In this document: one piece after another, positions 1 through 8,552 of the stretch | Position numbering within the stretch: the stretch's first letter is position 1 | Layout: each line of letters opens with the position of its first letter | Source of the DNA: an uncultured bacterium | GTDB lineage: Bacteria > Abyssobacteria > SURF-5 | Assembly (NCBI GenBank): GCA_964510165.1 | Contig: CAZEBC010000098.1 | Span: 1 to 14,323, forward strand | DNA: 14,323 bases | Direction: 5' to 3' | The notes under the pieces: generated by a model | What the model was told of the DNA's origin: nothing | What the model saw: only the letters and a program-made list of their open reading frames with translations | Databases searched by the model: none | Program-made: the position numbers and the translations under genes

Positions 1-19
1 TAACAAGAACAAGTTCCGG

Positions 20-48
20 TTGCGGCCATGACCGCGCTGTGGTAGAAT
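20..48 (+). promoter_or_regulatory. Putative sigma70 promoter of the Nudix gene
   Basis: TTGCGG (20-25), 17-nt spacer, TAGAAT (43-48), extended -10 TG at 40-41; RBS-like GGGAGAGG at 62-69 before ATG 77. Confidence 0.55.
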
Positions 49-76
49 TCGGCAGAGTCGAGGGAGAGGCTATGGT

Positions 77-652
77 ATGTACGTAACTGATGATATCGTT
101 AAGGAACTCGAGCGGAAATTTGGCGTGCCGGAGGTGATCCAGCTCCGGCAGGACATGTTCGCTGCGGAGTTCGAGATTCTGGTGAAGAGCATGAAGTACA
201 ACCGCGCCCACGATGTCACCATGTTCATATTCAAGGGACCCTACCTGATCGCCATCCGCAAACATATGCATCCGCATGGCGTCTACCGGGCGCCCAGCGG
301 CGGCCTCATGCCCGGCGAGGATTTCGAGAAGGGCACGCTCCGCGAGGCATATGAAGAGACCGGCGCCCTCATCGAGCTTCGGAAGTACATCCTCCGGATT
401 CATGTGACGTTCATTCATGACAACCAGGAGGCGCCGTGGACCTCGCACGTGTTCACGGCGAGGTATCTCTCGGGCGAACTCCGCCCGATAGACACCAAAG
501 AAATCACCGAGGTGAAGGAAGTCTCGCTCGACGAATTGCAAGGGCCTATCAGGGAACGGCTGCTGGCGTCGGGATCGGGCGGGCTTGCGTACCGGGCCGC
601 CTTGACCGACAAGGTGGTCGAAATCCTCAATCATCACCCCGCCGACCACTAG
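77..652 (+). CDS. Nudix hydrolase
   Basis: Complete Nudix box G-x5-E-x7-REUxEExG (GGLMPGEDFEKGTLREAYEETG); RBS upstream; 191 aa. Confidence 0.9.
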   Translation: MYVTDDIVKELERKFGVPEVIQLRQDMFAAEFEILVKSMKYNRAHDVTMFIFKGPYLIAIRKHMHPHGVYRAPSGGLMPGEDFEKGTLREAYEETGALIELRKYILRIHVTFIHDNQEAPWTSHVFTARYLSGELRPIDTKEITEVKEVSLDELQGPIRERLLASGSGGLAYRAALTDKVVEILNHHPADH

Positions 653-678
653 CACGCTCGGTCGTTCTTCAGTATAAT
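650..678 (+). promoter_or_regulatory. Possible promoter of the nuo operon
   Basis: Perfect TATAAT at 673-678 in the intergenic gap; only a poor -35 (TAGCAC, 650-655) at 17 nt. Confidence 0.4.
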
Positions 679-730
679 GTAGTAAATCGGTTGCAGATTC
701 CCAGTTCACCCGCAGAGTTAGAGGATCAGT

Positions 731-1204
731 ATGGGTTTGACCGATGTTATCCCGAAGAACGTGCTCACCACCCGATTGGATGACTTGATCAAATGGTCCC
801 GCAAACATTCGCTCTGGCCGATGCCGTTCGGAACCGCCTGCTGCGCCATCGAATTGATGGCTGTGCTCGCCTCACGATATGACCTGGCCCGCTTCGGCGC
901 CGAGGCGATCCGCTTCTCTCCCCGACAATCCGACCTCATGATTGTTGCCGGGAGGGTCTGCAACAAGATGATGCCTGTCCTTCAAAGAATCTATCTCCAG
1001 ATGCCCGAGCCGAAATGGGTCATCGCGATGGGCGCATGCGCGAGCAGCGGCGGAGTGTTTGACACGTACAGCGTGATCCAGGGGGTTGACAACTTCATGC
1101 CCGTTGACGTGTATATTCCCGGCTGTCCTCCCAGGCCCGAGGCCATCATTGAGGCGGTGCTCCTCATCCAGAACCGTATCGCGGAAGAGAGACAAGAGAT
1201 ATAG
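731..1204 (+). CDS. nuoB: NADH-quinone oxidoreductase subunit B (N2 cluster)
   Basis: [32 protein letters not shown] and [13 protein letters not shown] motifs. Confidence 0.98.
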   Translation: MGLTDVIPKNVLTTRLDDLIKWSRKHSLWPMPFGTACCAIELMAVLASRYDLARFGAEAIRFSPRQSDLMIVAGRVCNKMMPVLQRIYLQMPEPKWVIAMGACASSGGVFDTYSVIQGVDNFMPVDVYIPGCPPRPEAIIEAVLLIQNRIAEERQEI

Positions 1205-1221
1205 GCGGAGGCGCGCAAACC

Positions 1222-1806
1222 GTGGAAGTTTATCTCACCCCCAAGTCGAAAGAGGAAATTGCCGGGTTTCTGATGAAGACCGTCGGCAGGCTCGAGTCGC
1301 GGTTTCCAGAGCATATCGTCGAGCGGAAGGAATTCCGGGGGGAGACCACTATTGTTGTGAAGCCCGCTGGTATCTTTGAGATAGCCAAATTCCTTCGAGA
1401 TGATTCCGAGCTGCTGTACCGGCACCTGGCGGACATCACGTGCGTGGACCATCTTCACCTGGACATGTCGCTCGGCAGATTCGCCGTCGTGTACCATTTC
1501 TATTCATTCAAGCACGGCGGCAGGCTGCGCCTTAAGGCGTTCCTGCCCGAGCACGACCCCCAAATAGACTCGCTTGCGCCCCTGTGGCACACTGCCGACT
1601 GGCTGGAGCGCGAGGTGTATGACATGTTCGGCGTGGTGTTCCGCAATCATCCAGACCTGCGCCGGATACTCATGCCGGAGGACTCGATACACTTTCCGCT
1701 CCGCAAGGATTATCCGCTGACCGGGAGGGGAGAGCGCGAATCGTTCCCATATGTCACGCGAGACGGCCGCATCATCGAGAAGTCGCGTTCCCCCAGAGCG
1801 AGGTAA
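1222..1806 (+). CDS. nuoC: NADH-quinone oxidoreductase subunit C
   Basis: ADWLEREVYDMFGVVFRNHPDLRRILMP...FPLRKDYPL signature; GTG start after GGAGG (1207-1211); exact start uncertain. Confidence 0.96.
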   Translation: MEVYLTPKSKEEIAGFLMKTVGRLESRFPEHIVERKEFRGETTIVVKPAGIFEIAKFLRDDSELLYRHLADITCVDHLHLDMSLGRFAVVYHFYSFKHGGRLRLKAFLPEHDPQIDSLAPLWHTADWLEREVYDMFGVVFRNHPDLRRILMPEDSIHFPLRKDYPLTGRGERESFPYVTRDGRIIEKSRSPRAR

Positions 1807-1808
1807 GC

Positions 1809-3023
1809 ATGGCAGAGAAGAGCACCATTGACCTTCCCGTGGCGGCGTTTCGCGCGATGACGCTCAACTTCGGCCCGCAGCATCCGGCCACCCACGGCAC
1901 GCTCCGAATCAAGATGGAGCTCGACGGCGAGACCATCGCGAAGGCGACGCCTTATATCGGGTTCCTGCACAGCGGCTTCGAAAAGCTCGGCGAGCATCTG
2001 GACTTCAATCAGTACGTGACCGTGGTTGACCGGATGAATTACATGTCGGCCCTCTGTAACGACATTGCGTGGCATCTGGCAGTCGAAAAGCTGTTCGGGA
2101 TAGAAGTGCCCAAGCGCTGCCAATACATCCGAGTGGTCTGCGCGGAATTGAGCCGGATCGCCGACCATCTCATATTCCTTGGGACGCACGCGCTCGACCT
2201 TGGCGCCTTCACCGCTTTCCTCTGGTGTTTCCGCGAGCGCGAAAAGTTCTATGACCTCGTCGAGATGCTCACGGGCGGCAGGATGACCACCAGTTACACG
2301 CGCGCGGGCGGGCTGTGGGCGGACCTGCCGAAAGGATTCGAGGAGAAAACGCTCGAGTTCTGCAAGCAATTCCCGGAAAAGCTTGATGAGGTTGACGAAC
2401 TGCTCACGAAGAACCGCATCTGGGTTGACAGGACGAAGGGAGTCGCCGTCATATCCGCCGAGGACGCCATAAATTACGGGCTTACCGGCCCATGCCTGCG
2501 AGGCTCGGGTGTCGTCTGGGACATCCGCAAGGCCGAGCCCTACAGTTCCTACGAGGACTTCGATTTCGAAATTCCATATGGCGAGAACGGCGATGTATAC
2601 GACCGCTACCTGATCCGGCTTGAGGAAATGAGACAGAGCGTGAGGATCATTGAGCAGGCCATCGAGAGAATGCCTTCCGGACCAGTGGATGTGGACCAAT
2701 CATGCAAGATTCGGCTGCCGCCGAAGCAGAAGGTATACACCGAGATGGAATCGCTCATCTATCATTTCGAGTTCATCATGCCCGGAAAAGGCCCGAAGCT
2801 GCCCGAGGGCGAAGTCTATGTCCCGACCGAATCGCCCAACGGAGAACTGGGTTACTACATCGTCGGTGACGGAAAGAGCAAGTGTGCGTACCGCGCGCGC
2901 ACTCGGCCGCCTTCGTTTGTCAACTACCAGGCCTTCTCGAAGATGGTCGAGGGTCGGCTTGTGGCCGATGCGGTCGCCGCGCTCGGCAGCCTGAACATCA
3001 TTGCCGCAGAACTTGACAGATGA
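1809..3023 (+). CDS. nuoD: NADH-quinone oxidoreductase subunit D
   Basis: NFGPQHPATHG, GFLHSGFEK, DRMNY, ESPNGELG, C-terminal ELDR; no NiFe-binding CxxC pairs. Confidence 0.98.
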   Translation: MAEKSTIDLPVAAFRAMTLNFGPQHPATHGTLRIKMELDGETIAKATPYIGFLHSGFEKLGEHLDFNQYVTVVDRMNYMSALCNDIAWHLAVEKLFGIEVPKRCQYIRVVCAELSRIADHLIFLGTHALDLGAFTAFLWCFREREKFYDLVEMLTGGRMTTSYTRAGGLWADLPKGFEEKTLEFCKQFPEKLDEVDELLTKNRIWVDRTKGVAVISAEDAINYGLTGPCLRGSGVVWDIRKAEPYSSYEDFDFEIPYGENGDVYDRYLIRLEEMRQSVRIIEQAIERMPSGPVDVDQSCKIRLPPKQKVYTEMESLIYHFEFIMPGKGPKLPEGEVYVPTESPNGELGYYIVGDGKSKCAYRARTRPPSFVNYQAFSKMVEGRLVADAVAALGSLNIIAAELDR

Positions 3024-3035
3024 CGGAGTGACTCC

Positions 3036-3545
3036 ATGGGCTGGCCGTCAAAGATCGAAGAGCACAAGCCGGAAAAGCAGGAACTGCCCGCCGACTTGAG
3101 ACAGCAGCTCGACGAACTCCTCACGCACTATCCGAACAAACGCGCCGCCCTGATTCCCGTGCTTCAGAGGTGTCAGCAGCGCTTCGGGTACCTATCCGAG
3201 TCGAGCATGCTGGCGGTCGCCGAGTACCTGGAGCTGCCGCCGAGCCATGTGGCGGACACCGTCTCGTTTTACTCGATGCTGCACGCGACACCGGTCGGAA
3301 AGTATCACATCGAGTTGTGCCAGACCATATCGTGCGCGCTTCTCGGCGCTGATTCTCTCGCGGACTATCTTACCCGGAAGCTCGGCATAGGCTTCGGTGA
3401 GGTGACCGCCGACGGACGCTTCTCGCTTCAAAAAGTGGAGTGTATTGGCGCATGCGAGCAAGCGCCCGCTTTGTTGCTGAACAATGAACTGTACGGAAAC
3501 CTGAACAAGGAACGGATTGACGAGATACTTGACGGGCTGCCCTGA
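3036..3545 (+). CDS. nuoE: NADH-quinone oxidoreductase subunit E (2Fe-2S N1a)
   Basis: VSFYSM, CQTISC and ECIGACEQAP motifs. Confidence 0.96.
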   Translation: MGWPSKIEEHKPEKQELPADLRQQLDELLTHYPNKRAALIPVLQRCQQRFGYLSESSMLAVAEYLELPPSHVADTVSFYSMLHATPVGKYHIELCQTISCALLGADSLADYLTRKLGIGFGEVTADGRFSLQKVECIGACEQAPALLLNNELYGNLNKERIDEILDGLP

Positions 3546-3561
3546 CCCCAGAGGATTTGTC

Positions 3562-3927
3562 ATGCTTGGAGACTACATTCCGATCCTGCTGATGTTCGCG
3601 TTCATATTCGGCTTTGCCGCGTTCAGCCTGATCATCACGCACCTCATCGGGGTGCGGCGAGGCGGTTCGGTGAAGCTCGAGCCGTATGAATCGGGCATGC
3701 CGCCCCTCGGCGACCCGCATCATGGCGCCACCATCAAGTACTATCTCTTCGCCATGTTCTTCATCATTTTCGACGTAGAGGTGATATTCCTTTATCCCTG
3801 GGCCGCCATTTTCAAGCGGTTCATTGAGGAACGTCCGTTCGTATTAATCGAGATGTTCATCTTCCTGCTTGTCCTTATCGTCGGACTCATATACATATGG
3901 CGCAAAGGGGCGCTTGAATGGGAGTGA
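3562..3927 (+). CDS. nuoA: NADH-quinone oxidoreductase subunit A
   Basis: KLEPYESG, YYLFAMFFIIFDVEVIFLYPWA, YIWRKGALEWE; start moved to ATG 3562 after GAGGA (121 aa). Confidence 0.97.
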   Translation: MLGDYIPILLMFAFIFGFAAFSLIITHLIGVRRGGSVKLEPYESGMPPLGDPHHGATIKYYLFAMFFIIFDVEVIFLYPWAAIFKRFIEERPFVLIEMFIFLLVLIVGLIYIWRKGALEWE

Positions 3928-3953
3928 GACAGCGCGGCAGAACCGCCCAAAGC

Positions 3954-3997
3954 CCCCTCACCCTGCCCTCTCCCAGCGGGAGAGGGTTGGGGTGAGG
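3954..3997. repeat. REP-like palindromic repeat, copy 1
   Basis: CCCCTCACCCTGCCCTCTCCC-AGC-GGGAGAGGGTTGGGGTGAGG, an imperfect inverted repeat; 42/44 identical to 9509-9552. Confidence 0.9.
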
Positions 3998-4030
3998 AAA
4001 AATATCTCGGCAAGATTCAAGAAACCGACA

Positions 4031-5326
4031 ATGAGTGCTACAGTGGAACCCGTTCTTCTGAGAAACCGCCACGTCGAGAACTCGACCGATATTGACGTGT
4101 ACATCGCGCGAGGCGGCTACGAGGCCTTGAAGAAGGCGCTCACCGACATGTCGCCCGAACAGGTGCACAAACAGGTGACCGATGCCGTCCTGCGCGGGCG
4201 CGGGGGCGCGGGCTTCCCGGCCGGCTTAAAGTGGAAGTTTCTCGATAAGGACCCCAAGAAGACGCGCTACCTGTGCTGCAACGCCGACGAGAGCGAACCC
4301 GGCACATTCAAGGACCGCGTGTTGATGGAAACCGACCCGCATCAACTTCTCGAGGGAATGCTCATCGCCTGCTACGCGATTGGCGCGCATGTGGCGTACA
4401 TCTTCCTTCGGGGTGAATACGCCAATTCCTATAGAATCCTCGACAAAGCGATTTCGCAGGCGCGCACGCGCGGGTATCTTGGGAAGAGTATCCTCGGCGC
4501 CGGCTTCGACGCGGAAATATACCTGCATGAGGGCGCCGGCGCGTACATTTGCGGCGAGGAACTGGCCATGCTCGAGTCGCTCGGCGGCGCGCGAGGCTGG
4601 CCCAGGCTCAAACCGCCCTACGCCGCAACGAGAGGCGCGTTTTATCAGCCCACTGTCGTCAATAACGTCGAGACCCTTGCATGCGTGCCCCACATCGTCT
4701 TGCGGGGCGCCGAATGGTTCAAGAGCATCGGCAACGAGAACAATTATGGGCCGAAGCTGTATTGCCTCAGCGGCCACGTCAACAGGCCGGGGCTGTATGA
4801 ACTCCCGATGGGCACAACGCTCAAGACACTGATATACGATTTCGGCGGCGGCATTCCCAAAGGGCGTAAACTGAAGGCCGTCTTGCCGGGCGGTTCCTCA
4901 TCAGCGGTGCTGACCGCCGACGAGGTGGACGTCCCCATGGATTTCGACACCATGTCCAAAGCAGGCAGCATGCTTGGCTCGGCTGGCGTCATTGTGATGG
5001 ACGATGCGACCTGCATGGTGAACGCCTGCTGGAATGTCGCCCGGTTCTACGCTCACGAATCCTGCGGTCAATGCACCCCGTGCCGCGAGGGAACCAACTG
5101 GGCGGCGCGCATCCTGGGCCGCATCGAGCATGGCCTCGGCAAACTCGACGACATCGAGATGATCCTGAAGATATGCGACAACATGCTCGGCCAGACCATA
5201 TGCGCGCTCGCCGACGGCGCGGTGTTCCCGATACAGAGCATCACGAAGAAGTTCCGGAGCGAATTCGAGCGGCACATCCGCGACGGCGCATGCCCATTCA
5301 ACTCGGGAAAGAGCAAGACGACATGA
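4031..5326 (+). CDS. nuoF: NADH-quinone oxidoreductase subunit F (FMN/NADH, N3)
   Basis: LRGRGGAGFPAGLKW, NADESEPGTFKDR, GAGAYICGEE, HESCGQCTPCREG, TICALAD; start moved to ATG 4031 (431 aa). Confidence 0.97.
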   Translation: MSATVEPVLLRNRHVENSTDIDVYIARGGYEALKKALTDMSPEQVHKQVTDAVLRGRGGAGFPAGLKWKFLDKDPKKTRYLCCNADESEPGTFKDRVLMETDPHQLLEGMLIACYAIGAHVAYIFLRGEYANSYRILDKAISQARTRGYLGKSILGAGFDAEIYLHEGAGAYICGEELAMLESLGGARGWPRLKPPYAATRGAFYQPTVVNNVETLACVPHIVLRGAEWFKSIGNENNYGPKLYCLSGHVNRPGLYELPMGTTLKTLIYDFGGGIPKGRKLKAVLPGGSSSAVLTADEVDVPMDFDTMSKAGSMLGSAGVIVMDDATCMVNACWNVARFYAHESCGQCTPCREGTNWAARILGRIEHGLGKLDDIEMILKICDNMLGQTICALADGAVFPIQSITKKFRSEFERHIRDGACPFNSGKSKTT

Positions 5327-5339
5327 CGCGGGGTTCATC

Positions 5340-6923
5340 ATGCCGGTGATTCGCATAAACAGACGCGAGATCGAGGTGGACGAGGGAACCACCATCATGC
5401 AGGCCGCCGACAAGCTCGGAATCTATATTCCCAGATACTGCTATCATGATGGCCTGTCAATCGCCGGCTGCTGTCGCATCTGCGGGGTCGAAGTCGAGGA
5501 GTCGCCGAAACTGATGATGGCGTGCGCCACCCCCGTGAAGGACGGCATGGTTGTCCGCACCGACACTGAACGCGTCAGGATGGGCCAGAAGACGGTGCAG
5601 GAATTCCTTCTCATCAACCATCCGCTCGACTGCCCGGTATGCGACCAGGCCGGCGAATGCTGGCTCCAGGACTACGCCTATGATTACGGCTTTGCCGAGA
5701 GCCGGTTCAGGGAACAGAAAATCAAACAGCGCAAGAAGGACGTCGGCAAGAACCTGCTCCTGTATGCCGACCGCTGCATCATGTGCACGCGCTGCGTCAG
5801 ATTCGCGCGCGAGGTTTCGGGATACAATCAGATCGGGGTATTCGGTCGAGGCTCGCAGAGCGAGATTGACATATTCCCCGGCCTGAGAATTGATGACAAC
5901 CTGTCGGGCAACATCGCCGACATCTGCCCGGTCGGCGCGTTTCTGATAAAAGACTTTTTGTTCAAGAGGCGCGTGTGGGAACTCCAGACCACGATGAGCG
6001 TGTGCCCCGCCTGCACGGTGGGCTGTAATGTGTTCCTTCACCATGCGGAAGGCAGAATCCAGCGAGTTCTTCCTCGCTACAATCCGCGCGTGAACGGCCA
6101 CTGGATGTGCGACATAGGACGGCTCGATTATAAGTTTGTCGCGAGCGGGGACAGGCTCAAGAAGCCGATATTCAAGCGTGAAGAGTTGTTCGAACAGCCC
6201 GCCTGGAACGAGGCCCTCTCGCGCGCAGCGGCGCACATAAGGGAGATCATCACACGGCGCGGCCCCGATTCCTTCGCGTTCGTCGTCTCTTCCGATGCGA
6301 CCAATGAAGAGGCCTTCGTCGTCGCGCGCCTGGCCGACGCGCTTGGCTGCGCCCAAAACCTGCGGCTCTTGCCCGGCGAGCGGGGGGAGGAGGAGCATTT
6401 CCTCGGCGGCTTCGTCATTGAGAGCGATCGCTCGCCGAATGCGCGGGGTGTCCTCGCCATACTCAAGCATTTCATGCCGGAAGACGCCAAGGACAAAATG
6501 ACGGACCCGAACTCGATCTCGGCGAAGGCAGGCTTTTTCATATTGTGCGGACCGCATTCGAACAAGGAGGCTGTCGAGACGCTTGCGCGGTCGGCGAAGA
6601 AAGCCGAGTTCTCGCTCGTCCAGGCCATTTTGCCGTCGGCCTTGACTGAGGCGGCGACAATGGTTCTGCCCGGAGCGGCATACGCCGAGAAGGAGGGCAC
6701 ATACACAAATTATCGCGGCATCATCCAGCGCCTGTACCCCGCGTTCGAGCCACCGGGCGAGGCAGGCCATGACTTGAACATCATGTTGGAGCTTGCCGAA
6801 GCGATGAAAGAAGGCCTCGATTTCAAGACGATTAACGAAGTGTCGAGAGACCTGTCCCGCCGAATCGAGGGTTACGTCGCGATCGAGCATATTGACCCTA
6901 TGGGCTGGGCCGGCATTATGTAG
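5340..6923 (+). CDS. nuoG: NADH-quinone oxidoreductase subunit G, short form
   Basis: N1b (CYH...GCCRIC...MAC), N5 (HPLDCPVCDQAGEC), N4 (CIMCTRC...ICPVGA), N7-type CPACTVGC...MCDIGR; C-terminal LPGAAYAEKEGTYTN. Confidence 0.93.
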   Translation: MPVIRINRREIEVDEGTTIMQAADKLGIYIPRYCYHDGLSIAGCCRICGVEVEESPKLMMACATPVKDGMVVRTDTERVRMGQKTVQEFLLINHPLDCPVCDQAGECWLQDYAYDYGFAESRFREQKIKQRKKDVGKNLLLYADRCIMCTRCVRFAREVSGYNQIGVFGRGSQSEIDIFPGLRIDDNLSGNIADICPVGAFLIKDFLFKRRVWELQTTMSVCPACTVGCNVFLHHAEGRIQRVLPRYNPRVNGHWMCDIGRLDYKFVASGDRLKKPIFKREELFEQPAWNEALSRAAAHIREIITRRGPDSFAFVVSSDATNEEAFVVARLADALGCAQNLRLLPGERGEEEHFLGGFVIESDRSPNARGVLAILKHFMPEDAKDKMTDPNSISAKAGFFILCGPHSNKEAVETLARSAKKAEFSLVQAILPSALTEAATMVLPGAAYAEKEGTYTNYRGIIQRLYPAFEPPGEAGHDLNIMLELAEAMKEGLDFKTINEVSRDLSRRIEGYVAIEHIDPMGWAGIM

Positions 6924-6942
6924 GGGCGCACGGCGCGCGCCC
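6920..6942 (+). repeat. Degenerate GTAG-type REP-like hairpin overlapping the nuoG stop
   Basis: GTAG followed by GGGCGC-acggcgc-GCGCCC. Confidence 0.4.
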
Positions 6943-6965
6943 GCCGATATGAAAGGCTGAAGCCG

Positions 6966-8009
6966 TTGTCCGATCTTCTGGTAACAACCATTATTGCGCT
7001 GATAAAGATCGTCATCGTTTTCGGTGCGATTCAGGTGGCGGTCATGTATCTTGTGCTCGCAGAGCGAAGAGTCAGCGCGTTCATCCAGGACAGGCTGGGC
7101 CCCAACCGCGTCGGCTGGGAGGGCCTGCTCCAGCCCATTGCGGACGGCCTCAAGTTCCTGTTCAAGGAGGATGTCATCCCTGAACGCGCCGACAAGGTAG
7201 TCTTCATCATGGCGCCCGCGATGATCGTGATTCCCGCGCTCATGACGTTTGCGGTCATCCCATTCGGCGATTCCGTCACGGTGGCCGGTCGGCAGGTCCG
7301 GCTGCAGATTGCCAGCCTGAACATAGGCCTCCTGTATGTGTTCGCATTGGCGTCCATCAGTGTGTACGGGATCATTTACGGCGCGTGGGCGTCCCGGAAC
7401 AAATATTCGATGATGGGCGGCCTGCGCTCATGCGCGCAGATGATAAGCTACGAGATTCCGCTCGGCCTGTCCGTGATGGGCGTCCTCATGCTGACCGGTA
7501 CGCTTGAGCTGGAGAAAGTAGTGGAGGCGCAGACCTCGTATCTTTGGGGCGTGATTCCCCGCTGGAACATCCTGTTTCAGCCGCTCGCGTTTCTGCTGTT
7601 CCTCGTTTCGGCAGTTGCCGAGAACAACCGCCTTCCGTTCGATTTGCCTGAGGCCGAGCAGGAACTCGTCGCCGGCTACCACACCGAATACAGCAGTATC
7701 AAGTTTGCGATGTTCTTCATGGCCGAGTATGCCGCAATGGTCACAAACTGCTCCTTGATTGTGGTATTGTTTCTCGGAGGATGGCATGTGCCTGGCCTCG
7801 GAGCGCTCGGCCTGCCATCCCTTATCACGGAATTGATCCAGGTGGCGGCGTTCGTTCTGAAGGTCTCAGTGTTCCTGTTTTTCTACCTGTGGATACGCTG
7901 GACGTTTCCACGCTTCAGGTATGACCAATTGATGGGGATGTGCTGGAAAGCGCTTCTCCCTCTGGCCCTGCTCAACATCTTCATAACCGGCATCGTTATG
8001 GCGCTTTGA
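6966..8009 (+). CDS. nuoH: NADH-quinone oxidoreductase subunit H
   Basis: ERRVSAFIQDRLGPNRVG, QPIADGLKFLFKE, NRLPFDLPEAEQELVAGYHTEYS, RWTFPRFRYDQL; TTG start. Confidence 0.98.
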   Translation: MSDLLVTTIIALIKIVIVFGAIQVAVMYLVLAERRVSAFIQDRLGPNRVGWEGLLQPIADGLKFLFKEDVIPERADKVVFIMAPAMIVIPALMTFAVIPFGDSVTVAGRQVRLQIASLNIGLLYVFALASISVYGIIYGAWASRNKYSMMGGLRSCAQMISYEIPLGLSVMGVLMLTGTLELEKVVEAQTSYLWGVIPRWNILFQPLAFLLFLVSAVAENNRLPFDLPEAEQELVAGYHTEYSSIKFAMFFMAEYAAMVTNCSLIVVLFLGGWHVPGLGALGLPSLITELIQVAAFVLKVSVFLFFYLWIRWTFPRFRYDQLMGMCWKALLPLALLNIFITGIVMAL

Positions 8010-8024
8010 AAACGGGAGTATCCG

Positions 8025-8552
8025 ATGGAAGAAGAATCAATCAAGAAAGTGCAGGCTGAGGAGTATGCCCGACAGGCATACGAGATGAACTTCATAGATC
8101 GGCTCTACCTGCCCGCGCTGTTGAAGGGGCTTGCCGAAACATTCCGGCACCTGCTCGACAAGAAGTTCACGGTTGAATATCCCGAGCAGAAGCGGCAGGT
8201 CTTCCCGCGCTATCGCGGGCTGCACAGGCTCAACAAAGACGAGCTTGGCCGGGTCAAATGCGTGGCGTGCTTCATGTGTTCCACGATTTGTCCGGCGCGC
8301 TGCATCTACATCCAGGGCGCCGAGGCCCCGTGGCCCGACCGCGAAAAGTATCCCGTCCGGTTCGACATAGACGAACTCCGCTGCATCTATTGCGGCATGT
8401 GCGAGGAGGCGTGCCCCGTCGAGGCGATCGAGCTGACCGAAATATATGATATGGTCGGTTATTCGCGTGAGGGGTTCATCTACAACAAGGAAATGCTTCT
8501 GGACATATACGACAAGACCAAAGACAAGGGCGGAATGAAGAAATGGCTCTAG
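8025..8552 (+). CDS. nuoI: NADH-quinone oxidoreductase subunit I (N6a/N6b)
   Basis: TVEYPE, RYRGLH and two ferredoxin motifs, CVACFMCSTICP and CIYCGMCEEACP. Confidence 0.97.
   Translation: MEEESIKKVQAEEYARQAYEMNFIDRLYLPALLKGLAETFRHLLDKKFTVEYPEQKRQVFPRYRGLHRLNKDELGRVKCVACFMCSTICPARCIYIQGAEAPWPDREKYPVRFDIDELRCIYCGMCEEACPVEAIELTEIYDMVGYSREGFIYNKEMLLDIYDKTKDKGGMKKWL

Noticed and set aside
731-3023. Group 4 NiFe hydrogenase interpretation of the single-antiporter cluster
   Set aside because: The large subunit has no CxxC Ni ligands and has NuoD quinone-site motifs; NuoA/J/K and NuoE/F/G are present
3025-3035. GGAG-TGA-CTCC mini-hairpin over the nuoE RBS
   Set aside because: A 4-bp stem with a 3-nt loop is too short to distinguish from chance
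3954-3997. Palindromes as CRISPR repeats, IS ends or intrinsic terminators
   Set aside because: Only two copies 5.5 kb apart, no spacers, cas genes or transposase; followed by an A-run rather than a T-run on the coding strand
3869-4030. N-terminal extension of NuoF in the ORF track
   Set aside because: Overlaps nuoA and merely reads through the palindrome (PHPALSQRER); NuoF-like sequence begins near ATG 4031
5457-6890. 477-aa minus-strand ORF (likewise 1710-2699)
   Set aside because: Antisense shadows of nuoG and nuoD
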